A stretch of DNA of 13,451 nucleotides from the IMG/VR virus record IMGVR_UViG_2695420471_000009; one strand, 5' to 3'. Under the pieces are notes generated by a model. It did not search any database and had not been told where the DNA came from. It worked only from the letters and a program-made list of their open reading frames with translations. Position numbers and translations under genes: made by a program. Below, piece after piece: positions 1-7,796 of this stretch; position 1 is the first letter of the stretch; each line of letters starts with the position of its first letter. This DNA comes from a virus (Duplodnaviria; Heunggongvirae; Uroviricota; Caudoviricetes).

Positions 1-240
1 AAAGAACAAATGGTAGTGTCCGCTATTGCCAGTACACCTCATCCATCACCGAAAAAAATTGGCTTTTACACCATTGGCGATAAAAGCATTTACCTGTATG
101 ACCTACGCCGCATGGATGAAATCATGGAGGCTCTTGATAATCGTTCGTCGATGGATTGGTGTGTTGCTGTTCATGATATGAATGCAGGGTTTGATGAAAA
201 GATTTTGTTCCCCTCATCAGTTGAAAGCACTGCGGGTTAA
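1..240 (+). CDS. Hypothetical prophage protein, C-terminal part (reading frame open from window edge)
   Basis: Frame 1 is open from base 1 to a stop at 238-240 and is followed by closely spaced same-strand genes. No family recognised. Confidence 0.4.
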   Translation, partial: KEQMVVSAIASTPHPSPKKIGFYTIGDKSIYLYDLRRMDEIMEALDNRSSMDWCVAVHDMNAGFDEKILFPSSVESTAG

Positions 241-250
241 GGAGTAACAC

Positions 251-418
251 ATGACCACTATTACCAAAGAACGTATTGAATTGTTCATTAAAAACCCGCT
301 TGAAAACGGGCTTACCCGTGGTGAACAAATGGAACTGGCACGGATTGCGCTGGCATCGCTGGAAGCAGAGCCGGTTGTGTTCTGGTTTGAAAAATATCAA
401 GAAGGGGCTACGGCATGA
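251..418 (+). CDS. Small nin-region protein (55 aa), paralog of the next ORF
   Basis: ATG at 251 with GGAG 9 nt upstream; stop overlaps the next start (ATGA at 415-418). Shares N-terminal MTT-x-T-x-E and IAL-x-SL-x-AEP motifs with ORF 415..759. Confidence 0.5.
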   Translation: MTTITKERIELFIKNPLENGLTRGEQMELARIALASLEAEPVVFWFEKYQEGATA

Positions 419-759
419 CGACTTTTACCAGAGAGCAGTTAATAGCTCACGCAGAGGAGACTATTGAAGCACAGAGACTGTGCATACCGGGCACAATCGA
501 CCATGACATCATCCGCACATATAAGATGGATATTGCTGTTCTGGAAATCGCACTGGTATCGCTGGCAGCAGAGCCAGCCGGTAAATTGCATGAATACAAA
601 CCAGTGGGATATCAGCGTCTGGTCGATGAGTTAACCATGCTGGTAAAGCAGTTAACCTGGCAACTGAGGAAAGCGAAGCCAGACTGCAAATTACCGGATA
701 AGGCGATGAGTTATCTGGAGCGGAACGGACTGATAAGCGTGGAGGATATTTTACGATGA
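415..759 (+). CDS. Small nin-region protein (114 aa), paralog family
   Basis: Translationally coupled to the upstream ORF (ATGA). Motifs MTTFTREQL and [10 protein letters not shown] recur in ORFs 251..418 and 4771..5028. Confidence 0.6.
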   Translation: MTTFTREQLIAHAEETIEAQRLCIPGTIDHDIIRTYKMDIAVLEIALVSLAAEPAGKLHEYKPVGYQRLVDELTMLVKQLTWQLRKAKPDCKLPDKAMSYLERNGLISVEDILR

Positions 760-839
760 CCTGGCCTGAAGCATTAACAACGGTAGGAATTGCGATGGCG
801 GTGGCGCTGGTGGTGTATTCGATTTGCCGCTGGGGATAA
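756..839 (+). CDS. Possible 27-aa hydrophobic peptide ([27 protein letters not shown])
   Basis: ATG overlaps the upstream stop (ATGA at 756-759). Single predicted membrane-spanning segment. Too short to call firmly. Confidence 0.25.
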   Translation: MTWPEALTTVGIAMAVALVVYSICRWG

Positions 840-1050
840 AAACGGTTTGCGGGAAAAGGAGAGTTAAGTAGAATTGCAGCGGGTGCTTGAGGCTATCTGT
901 CTCAGGCATGAACACCAAAAGGCAGATAGAGAAAAGCCCCAGTTAACATTACGCGTCCGGCAAGACGCTTAACATTAATCTGAGGCTCAATCTATGAACG
1001 GCAAATCTAGGTTAGCCTCTTACGTGCCGAAAGGCAAGGAGAAGCAGGCT

Positions 1051-1206
1051 ATGAAGCAGCAAAAGGCGATGTTAATCGCCCTGATCGTCATCTGTTTAAC
1101 CGTCATAGTGACGGCACTGGTAACGAGGAAAGACCTCTGCGAGGTACGAATTCGAACCGGCCAGACGGAGGTCGCTGTCTTCACAGCTTACGAACCTGAG
1201 GAGTAA
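1051..1206 (+). CDS. hokD: Hok/Gef-family type I toxin (51 aa), HokD/RelF-like
   Basis: Sequence MKQQKAMLIALIVICLTVIVTALVTRKDLCEVRIRTGQTEVAVFTAYEPEE has the Hok architecture (short basic N-terminus, one TM helix, conserved Cys, acidic C-terminus) and matches HokD/RelF as I recall it. The overlapping longer frame 994..1206 adds 19 codons, like a mok leader. Confidence 0.8.
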   Translation: MKQQKAMLIALIVICLTVIVTALVTRKDLCEVRIRTGQTEVAVFTAYEPEE

Positions 1207-1276
1207 GAGACCAGGCGGGGGAGAAATCCCTCGCCACCTCTGATGGGTCAGGCATCCTCAATGCACCCACACTTAA

Positions 1277-1300
1277 CCCGCTTCGGCGGGTTTTTGTTTT
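1277..1300 (+). terminator. Rho-independent terminator downstream of hok
   Basis: Stem CCCGC / GCGGG with loop TTCG, followed by TTTTTGTTTTT. Confidence 0.6.
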
Positions 1301-1314
1301 TATTTTCAACGCGT

Positions 1315-1344
1315 TTGAATTTTTAGATGGTGCCGGAATAGAAT
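1315..1344 (+). promoter_or_regulatory. Candidate sigma70 promoter upstream of the rem-like ORF
   Basis: TTGAAT, 18-nt spacer, TAGAAT, about 80 nt upstream of the ATG at 1424. Confidence 0.3.
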
Positions 1345-1423
1345 CAAAAATACTTAAGTAGCGCGCAGGGAGAAGAGGGATGGACCCCGAACAGGGGAGT
1401 GCTATTTATCTGGAAGGATTCTG

Positions 1424-1708
1424 TTGATGAAAATCGAAGAATTACGTGAAATTTTTAGTGAAGATGGCCTCTATACTGTGCGCGTTGAGAATGGCGCTAT
1501 TGTCAGCCACTGCCTTCCAGACTACACAATTCTGATAATTCAGCCGTCTTTGCCAGCAGGCACGGGCGGCGCTCTCACGCATTTAAATCTGATTGGTACC
1601 AGCATCCCCCATGCACTGAAGAACAGGCCGAATGGCTCATTCAGTGTTACCGCAGGCGCGGATGCGAGGTTAAAAAAGCCCTTAGCCTCGACTACCGTCA
1701 CTGGATAA
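1424..1708 (+). CDS. Hypothetical protein (94 aa), rem-like by position
   Basis: ATG-ATG start preceded by GGAAGGA. Sits between hok and the DUF968 gene, as rem does in the Qin-type arrangement. C-terminal half is low complexity; same frame as the downstream ORF, separated by a single TAA. Confidence 0.4.
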   Translation: MMKIEELREIFSEDGLYTVRVENGAIVSHCLPDYTILIIQPSLPAGTGGALTHLNLIGTSIPHALKNRPNGSFSVTAGADARLKKPLASTTVTG

Positions 1709-1783
1709 TCTCCGTCAGGCTCCCTTACTCCGAACGGCCAACGCGTCCGTCCCGCACATTCCAGCAACGGATCTGGAGGTAAT

Positions 1784-2842
1784 GTGCGGGTATTACTTCG
1801 ACCTGTTCTGGTACCGGAACTCGGTCTGGTTATCGTTAAGCCAGGCCGTGAATCAATGTCAGCATTCCATAACGGCAGAATACTGGTGGAGCCGGAACCA
1901 AAAAGCATGCGTAATCTGCCGTCCGGGGTCGTTCCTGCCGCTCGCCAGCCGCTGGTGGAAGACAAAACATTGCTGCCGTTTTTCAGTAACGCACGGGTGA
2001 TTCGTGCTGCTGGTGGTGCTGGTGCATTGTCTGACTGGCTGTTGCGCCATATTAAATCCTGCCAGTGGCCACACGGCGATTATCATCACAGCGAAACCGT
2101 CATTCACCGTTATGGTACCGGCGCAATGGTGTTGTGCTGGCACTGCGACAACCAGCTGCGTGACCAGACATCCGAATCACTCGAGCAACTTGCTCATCAA
2201 AACCTGTCAGCATGGATGATTGACGTCATCGGTCACGCAATAAGCGGTACGCAGGAGCGTGAATTATCTCTGGCTGAATTATCCTGGTGGGCGGTCCGCA
2301 ATCAGGTGGCGGACGCGCTACCGGAAGCGGTATTACGTCGTTCGCTGGGGTTGCGTGCGGAAAAAATTCGCTCTGTGTACAGTGAAAGCGACATCATACC
2401 GGGAGAGCAGACAGCCACCAGCATACTGAAGCAGCGCACAAAAAATATTGCGTTACTGCCTCACGTCCACCAGCAACAGAACCCACCACAGGAAAAGACG
2501 GTGGTCAGCATTGCCGTTGATCCGGAGTCACCGGCTCAGTATCTCCAGCGCCAGAAATCACAACGGGAAGAGATGCCTGTATACACGCGCTGGGTAAAAA
2601 CGCAGAAATGCATGACGTGTGGCAATCAGGCAGATGATCCGCATCACATCATTGGTCATGGACTGGGAGGGATGGGAACAAAGGCTGATGATTTGTTTGT
2701 TATTCCGTTATGCCGTAAATGCCGTAACGAACTACATGCCGGAGTAAAAGATTTTGAAGAGAAACACGGCAGTCAGCTGTTGTTGCTGATTCGTTTTTTA
2801 ATGCACGCGAGAAATTCGGGTGTTCTGAAGTGGAAAGCATAA
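1784..2842 (+). CDS. DUF968/YdfU-like prophage protein with C-terminal HNH-like zinc-finger motif
   Basis: 352-codon ORF; track start is GTG at 1784, first ATG at 1856. C-terminal CMTCGN...DPHHIIGHG...IPLCRKCRNELH resembles an HNH/Zn-finger nuclease signature. Stop abuts the rusA start (TAAATG). Confidence 0.7.
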   Translation: MRVLLRPVLVPELGLVIVKPGRESMSAFHNGRILVEPEPKSMRNLPSGVVPAARQPLVEDKTLLPFFSNARVIRAAGGAGALSDWLLRHIKSCQWPHGDYHHSETVIHRYGTGAMVLCWHCDNQLRDQTSESLEQLAHQNLSAWMIDVIGHAISGTQERELSLAELSWWAVRNQVADALPEAVLRRSLGLRAEKIRSVYSESDIIPGEQTATSILKQRTKNIALLPHVHQQQNPPQEKTVVSIAVDPESPAQYLQRQKSQREEMPVYTRWVKTQKCMTCGNQADDPHHIIGHGLGGMGTKADDLFVIPLCRKCRNELHAGVKDFEEKHGSQLLLLIRFLMHARNSGVLKWKA

Positions 2843-3223
2843 ATGACCGAGCGCATAGAATTTGTTTTACCTTACCCGCCGACGGTGAACACTTACTGGC
2901 GTCGTCGTGGCAGCACATATTTTGTATCAAAAGCCGGGGAGCGTTATCGCCGGGCAGTGGCGCTTATTGTTCGCCAGCAGCGGCTGAAATTAAGCCTGTC
3001 CGGAAGGTTGGCAATAAAAATTATTGCAGAACCACCGGATAAGCGCCGCCGTGACCTGGACAATATTCTGAAAGCGCCGCTGGATGCGCTGACGCATGCG
3101 GGGTTGCTAATGGACGATGAGCAGTTTGATGAAATCAATATCGTTCGTGCTCAGCCAGTATCTGGTGGACGTCTGGGGGTGAAGATTTATCCCATAATGC
3201 TTGAAGGGCAGGTCAAAAAATGA
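2843..3223 (+). CDS. rusA: RusA-family Holliday junction resolvase (copy 1)
   Basis: 126 aa with LPYPPTVNTYWRRR and DKRRRDLDN (acidic catalytic cluster) motifs typical of RusA. Stop overlaps the next start (ATGA). Confidence 0.9.
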   Translation: MTERIEFVLPYPPTVNTYWRRRGSTYFVSKAGERYRRAVALIVRQQRLKLSLSGRLAIKIIAEPPDKRRRDLDNILKAPLDALTHAGLLMDDEQFDEINIVRAQPVSGGRLGVKIYPIMLEGQVKK

Positions 3224-3318
3224 AACTGGAAGATTTACCGAAATACTACTCCCCAAAATCCCCCGGCCTGACTGATGCATCGGCCTCAACGTCGAAAGAT
3301 GCGCTGAGTATCACTGAT
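3220..3318 (+). pseudogene. 5' fragment of Q-like antiterminator gene, interrupted by IS2
   Basis: First 33 codons (MKLEDLPKYYSPKSPGLTDASASTSKDALSITD) match the start of the intact copies at 5399 and 6526. The reading frame runs into the IS2 end at 3320; base 3319 is N. Confidence 0.7.
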
Positions 3319-3330
3319 NTGGATTTGCCC

Positions 3331-4236
3331 CTATATTTCCAGACATCTGTTATCACTTAACCCATTACAAGCCCGCTGCCGCAGATATTCCCGTGGCGAG
3401 CGATAACCCAGCGCACTATGCGGATGCCATTCGTTATAATGCTCGAACGCCTCTGCAAGGTTCTTTGCTGCCGTTAACCCGTCTGGTTTGGGCATGATAC
3501 TGATGTAGTCACGCTTTATCGTTTTCACGAAGCTCTCTGCTATTCCGTTACTCTCCGGACTCCGCACCGCCGTGTTCTTCGGTTCAAGTCCCAACATCCG
3601 GGCGAACTGGCGTGTTTCATTAGCCCGGTAGCATGAACCATTATCCGTCAGCCACTCCACTGGAGACGACGGAAGATCGTTGCCGAAGCGGCGTTCCACC
3701 GCTCCCAGCATGACGTCCTGTACTGTTTCACTGTTGAAGCCGCCGGTAGTCACCGCCCAGTGCAGTGCCTCACGATCACAGCAGTCCAGCGCGAACGTGA
3801 CACGCAGTCTCTCTCCGTTATCACAGCAGAACTCGAACCCGTCAGAGCACCATCGCTGATTGCTTTCTTTCACGGCCACTCTGCCTGTATGTGCCCGTTT
3901 CGATGGCGGTACAGCAGGTTTTCGCTCAAGCAACAGCGCATTCTGGCGCATGATCCGGTAAACACGTTTGGCATTGATCGCAGGCATACCATCAAGTTCT
4001 GCCTGTCTGCGAAGCAGCGCCCATACCCGACGATAACCATACGTGGGCAGCTCTCCGATAACATGGTGTATACGGAGAAGCACATCCGTATCATCAGTGT
4101 GACGACTGCGGCGGCCATCCATCCAGTCATCGGTTCGTCTGAGAATGACGTGCAACTGCGCACGCGACACCCGGAGACAACGGCTGACTAAGCTTACTCC
4201 CCATCCCCGGGCAATAAGGGCGCGTGCGCTATCCAC
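3331..4236 (-). CDS. insD: IS2 transposase OrfB (InsD), DDE catalytic domain
   Basis: 301-codon frame with GTG start, overlapping insC in the -1 frame. Sequence is typical of IS3-family OrfB. Confidence 0.85.
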
Positions 4237-4559
4237 TTTTTTGCCCGTCCATATTCAACGGCTTCTTTGAGGAGTTCATTTTCCATCGTTTTCTTGCCGA
4301 GCAGGCGCTGGAGTTCTTTAATCTGCTTCATGGCGGCAGCAAGTTCAGAGGCAGGAACAACCTGTTCTCCGGCGGCGACAGCAGTAAGACTTCCTTCCTG
4401 GTATTGCTTACGCCAGAGAAATAACTGGCTGGCTGCTACACCATGTTGCCGGGCAACGAGGGAGACCGTCATCCCCGGTTCAAAGCTCTGCTGAACAATT
4501 GCGATCTTTTCCTGTGTGGTACGCCGTCTGCGTTTCTCCGGCCCTAAGACATCAATCAT
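4194..4559 (-). CDS. insC: IS2 OrfA (InsC), HTH DNA-binding/regulatory protein
   Basis: 121 aa starting [18 protein letters not shown] at the ATG at 4559 on the minus strand (track ORF extends upstream to 4604). Helix-turn-helix and leucine-zipper-like segment. Confidence 0.85.
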
Positions 4560-4770
4560 CTGTACTCCAATGACTAGTCTAAAAACTAGTATTAAGACTA
4601 TCACTTATTTAAGTGATACTGGTTGTCTGGAGATTCAGGGGGCCAGTCTACGGACATTTTCTGCCTGTGGACCAGGAAAGTGCACGGGTGCTTTCCACTC
4701 CCATGAAGCCCGGCAATCCGCGCAGATACAGTAATAAACGAACTGACAGCAGTAAGATGGAGCGTTTCTT

Positions 4771-5028
4771 TTGAACAACCAGACAATGACTTTTACCCCT
4801 GAACAATTGCGTAAACACGCGCAGGAAATGCTGCGTCATGCTGAACAACTCGAAAAAACGGGCATAACAAAAGACGCTATCCGTAAAGATATGGTACCCG
4901 CGCTTCGGGAACTGATGCAGGCGAAGCATCGCGCACAGAAAGCAGTAGATGAGCTGGTGGACTGTGTGGCAGAGCTGGAAACCAGAGTCGGAAAGTTTGA
5001 AAAACTGGTGCAGGAGGTGCTGCGCTGA
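4771..5028 (+). CDS. Small nin-region protein (85 aa), same paralog family as 415..759
   Basis: N-terminus MTFTPEQLRKHAQE parallels [15 protein letters not shown] of ORF 415..759. Stop overlaps the rusA copy 2 start (TGATG). An alternative start is the ATG at 4786. Confidence 0.5.
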   Translation: MNNQTMTFTPEQLRKHAQEMLRHAEQLEKTGITKDAIRKDMVPALRELMQAKHRAQKAVDELVDCVAELETRVGKFEKLVQEVLR

Positions 5029-5402
5029 TGCGCCATGAGTTTATTTTACCTTATCCGCCGACGGTGAATACTTACTGGCGACGTCGTGACAACACATATT
5101 TTGTATCAAAAGCCGGTGAGCGTTATCGCCGGGATGTGGCGCTTATTGTCCGTCAGCAGCGACTGAAATTAAGCCTGTCCGGAAGACTGGCGATAAAGAT
5201 TATTGCAGAGCCACCGGATAAGCGCCGTCGTGACCTGGACAATATCCTGAAAGCACCACTGGATGCACTGACACATGCGGGAGTGTTAATGGACGATGAG
5301 CAGTTTGATGAAATCAATATCGTTCGTGCTCAGCCAGTATCTGGTGGACGTCTGGGGGTGAAGATTTACCCCATAATGCATGAAGAGCAGGTCAAAAAAT
5401 GA
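5028..5402 (+). CDS. rusA: RusA-family Holliday junction resolvase (copy 2, distinct allele)
   Basis: 124 aa, about 90% identical to copy 1, with differences at the N-terminus and C-terminus (HEEQ versus LEGQ). Confidence 0.85.
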   Translation: MRHEFILPYPPTVNTYWRRRDNTYFVSKAGERYRRDVALIVRQQRLKLSLSGRLAIKIIAEPPDKRRRDLDNILKAPLDALTHAGVLMDDEQFDEINIVRAQPVSGGRLGVKIYPIMHEEQVKK

Positions 5403-6218
5403 AACTGGAAGATTTACCGAAATACTACTCCCCAAAATCCCCTTGCCTGACCGATGCATCGGCCTCAACGTCAAAAGATGCGCTGAGTATCACTGATGTG
5501 ATGGCCGCGCAGGGCATGACACAGAATCGGGCTGAGATGGGGGTTTCTGCGTTCCTTGGGAAAATGGGCATTAGTATGAATGACAGAGAGCGGGCAACAG
5601 AATTGCTGACAGAATATGCACTCAGTCGGTGTGATCGCGTGGCGGCGTTAAGAAAACTCCCGGCAGAAATAAAACCGGCAGTGATGCGTATTATGGCTTC
5701 GTATGCGTTTGAAGATTATGCCCGTAGCGCGGCGAGCAAAAAACAGTGCCCCTGCTGTCACGGAAAAAAATTTATTGAAAGCGAGGTTTTTACAAACAAG
5801 ATCCAGTATCCGGATGGTAAGCCGCCGGTATGGGCAAAGTGTACGAAAGGTGTGTATCCGTCTTACTGGGAAGAATGGAAAAAAGTCAGGGAGGTGGTAA
5901 AAGTTGCCTGTCCGGAGTGTGGCGGAAAGGGTGAGGTTTCCACCGCCTGTAAGGATTGCCGTGGGCGTGGTGTCGCCATTCATCGTGAAGAGTCGGTAAA
6001 ACGTGGTATGCCTGTTATCAGAGACTGCCAGCGTTGTGGTGGTCGTGGCTATGAAAGACTACCATCAACGGAGGCATTTAATGCTATATGCGAGGTGACA
6101 AACCAGATAACACGCGCGTCATGGGAAAAAACAGTTAAGAAATTCTATGATGCGCTGGTGACTCGGTTTGATATTGAAGAAGCATGGGCTGAGCGGCAGT
6201 TAAAAAAGGTAACTAGGT
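5399..6218 (+). CDS. Q-like late antiterminator candidate (copy 2); 3' end runs into an N junction
   Basis: Same protein as 6526..7347 with several substitutions. At N 6219 the frame continues into rusA internal sequence, which creates the 376-aa track ORF. This is a join artefact or recombination point, not a natural fusion. Confidence 0.55.
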
Positions 6219-6219
6219 N

Positions 6220-6529
6220 CACATATTTTGTATCAAAAGCCGGTGAGCGTTATCGCCGGGATGTGGCGCTTATTGTCCGTCAGCAGCGACTGAAATTAAG
6301 CCTGTCCGGAAGACTGGCGATAAAGATTATTGCAGAGCCACCGGATAAGCGCCGTCGTGACCTGGACAATATCCTGAAAGCACCACTGGATGCACTGACA
6401 CATGCGGGAGTGTTAATGGACGATGAGCAGTTTGATGAAATCAATATCGTTCGTGGTCAGCCAGTATCTGGTGGACGTCTGGGGGTGAAGATTTACCCCA
6501 TAATGCATGAAGAGCAGGTCAAAAAATGA
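6220..6529 (+). pseudogene. RusA 3' fragment (copy 3), beginning at the N junction
   Basis: Encodes RusA residues from TYFVSKAGERY to the C-terminus. No start codon or 5' part is present. Confidence 0.6.
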
Positions 6530-7347
6530 AACTGGAAGATTTACCGAAATACTACTCCCCAAAATCCCCTTGCCTGACCGATGCATCGGCCTCAACGTCA
6601 AAAGATGCGCTGAGTATCACTGATGTGATGGCCGCGCAGGGCATGACACAGAATCGGGCTGAGATGGGGTTTTCTGCGTTCCTGGGGAAAATGGGCATCA
6701 GTATGAATGACAGGGCGCGGGCAACAGAATTACTGGCAGATTATGCACTCAGTCGGTGCGATCGTGTGGCGGCGTTGAGAAAACTTCCGGCAGAAATAAA
6801 ACCGGTAGTGATGCGCATTATGGCTTCGTACGCTTTTGAGGATTATGCCCGCAGCGCAGCGAGTAAAAAGCAGTGCCCTTGTTGCTATGGGGAAAAATTT
6901 ATTGAAAGCGTAGTTTTTACAAACAAGGTCCAGTATCCGGATGGTAAGCCGCCGGTATGGGCAAAGTGTACGAAAGGTGTGTATCCGTCTTACTGGGAAG
7001 AATGGAAAAAAGTCAGGGAGGTGGTAAAAGTTGCCTGTCCGGAGTGTGGCGGAAAGGGTGAGGTTTCCACCGCCTGTAAGGATTGCCGTGGGCGTGGTGT
7101 CGCCATTCATCGTGAAGAGTCGGTAAAACGTGGTATGCCTGTTATCAGAGACTGCCAGCGTTGTGGTGGTCGTGGCTATGAAAGACTACCATCAACGGAG
7201 GCATTTAATGCTATATGCGAGGTGACAAACCAGATAACACGCGCGTCATGGGAAAAAACAGTTAAGAAATTCTATGATGCGCTGGTGACTCGGTTTGATA
7301 TTGAAGAAGCATGGGCTGAGCGGCAGTTAAAAAAGGTAACTAGGTAA
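6526..7347 (+). CDS. Q-like late-gene antiterminator candidate (273 aa) with four DnaJ-type CxxCxGxG zinc-finger repeats
   Basis: Lies after rusA and immediately upstream of a lambda-type pR' promoter, pause element and tR' terminator. Repeats CPCCYGEK, CPECGGKG, CKDCRGRG, CQRCGGRG. Q assignment is by position and context, not by recognised homology. Confidence 0.65.
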   Translation: MKLEDLPKYYSPKSPCLTDASASTSKDALSITDVMAAQGMTQNRAEMGFSAFLGKMGISMNDRARATELLADYALSRCDRVAALRKLPAEIKPVVMRIMASYAFEDYARSAASKKQCPCCYGEKFIESVVFTNKVQYPDGKPPVWAKCTKGVYPSYWEEWKKVREVVKVACPECGGKGEVSTACKDCRGRGVAIHREESVKRGMPVIRDCQRCGGRGYERLPSTEAFNAICEVTNQITRASWEKTVKKFYDALVTRFDIEEAWAERQLKKVTR

Positions 7348-7352
7348 CAAGG

Positions 7353-7380
7353 TTGATTTTTCCGGAATCTGTGGTAAATT
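7353..7380 (+). promoter_or_regulatory. Late promoter pR'-like (TTGATT, 16-nt spacer, TAAATT) with downstream AACGAT pause element at 7387-7392
   Basis: Resembles lambda pR', which has a GGTAAATT -10 region and an AACGAT sigma70-dependent pause element in the initial transcribed region. Lies 6 nt after the Q-like stop. Confidence 0.6.
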
Positions 7381-7386
7381 CGTCAT

Positions 7387-7452
7387 AACGATGGGCGTTT
7401 TATGCCTGACGTTAGAAGAGTTTCTACAACCCGCCGCCGAGCGGGTTTTTTA
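7387..7452 (+). ncRNA. Short pR'-to-tR' terminated transcript (lambda 6S-like / StxS-like candidate)
   Basis: Inferred from promoter and terminator positions only. The start coordinate is a guess. Confidence 0.35.
7429..7452 (+). terminator. tR'-like intrinsic terminator
   Basis: Stem CCCGC / GCGGG with loop CGCCGA, followed by TTTTTTAT. Confidence 0.65.
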
Positions 7453-7571
7453 TGACTGAAATCGCGTCAGTACAGTAAACGCGCTGGTGGCGGTGAATAC
7501 CTGTCTTTCAGCTTGCTGGCTTTTTCGACAAGAGTTATTGGTGTGTCACGTTAACCGGAAAAGGAAAAGAC

Positions 7572-7769
7572 ATGCTAAAACAGCAGGATATGACAGAAAC
7601 CGCCAGAGTGGTGTTTAATGAATTAAGCGTTACCGAACCGGCGACAGTCGGGGAGATAGCGCAGAATACTTACCTTTCACGCGAACGCTGCCAGTTAATA
7701 CTGACCCAGCTGGTTATGGCGGGTCTGGCAGACTATCAGTTCGGTTGTTACAGACGCCTTCCGCAGTGA
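7572..7769 (+). CDS. Hypothetical 65-aa protein, possible small winged-helix/HTH
   Basis: Good RBS (AAGGAAAAG, 4-nt spacer, ATG). Stop lies within a terminator hairpin. No family recognised. Confidence 0.5.
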   Translation: MLKQQDMTETARVVFNELSVTEPATVGEIAQNTYLSRERCQLILTQLVMAGLADYQFGCYRRLPQ

Positions 7770-7780
7770 AGGCTTTTTTA
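7756..7780 (+). terminator. Intrinsic terminator overlapping the stop of the 65-aa ORF
   Basis: Stem GCCTTC / GAAGGC with loop CGCAGT, followed by TTTTTTATTT. Confidence 0.5.
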
Positions 7781-7796
7781 TTTGTGGTAAATGGGC

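Larger units (their letters stand above)
3320..4650 (-). mobile_element. IS2 insertion sequence (IS3 family), complete, 1331 bp
   Basis: Ends TGGATTTGCCCCTATATTTCCAGACATCTGTTATCACTTAA at 3320 and, in reverse complement, TAGACTGGCCCCCTGAATCTCCAGACAACC at 4650. Carries overlapping insC/insD frames with an A6G slippery site. Flanks (TGATN / CGGAC) show no 5-bp target duplication. Confidence 0.9.

Noticed and set aside
1540-2219. Overlapping ORFs (1540..1965 minus, 1782..2000 plus, 1859..2143 minus, 2004..2219 plus)
   Set aside because: They lie antisense or out of frame within the rem-like and DUF968 genes and have Arg/Cys-rich low-complexity translations typical of spurious frames in GC-rich coding DNA.
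3760-4929. Plus-strand ORFs inside IS2 and minus-strand ORFs (4601..4786, 4648..4929, 4836..5036) near the IS2 end and 85-aa gene
   Set aside because: They are antisense to the well-supported insC/insD genes or to the 85-aa/rusA genes and have no start context.
5399-6529. 376-aa track ORF that looks like a Q-RusA fusion protein
   Set aside because: The two parts are joined exactly at the ambiguous base 6219, and the join removes Q's natural stop and RusA's N-terminus. This is an assembly or consensus join, not a real fusion gene.
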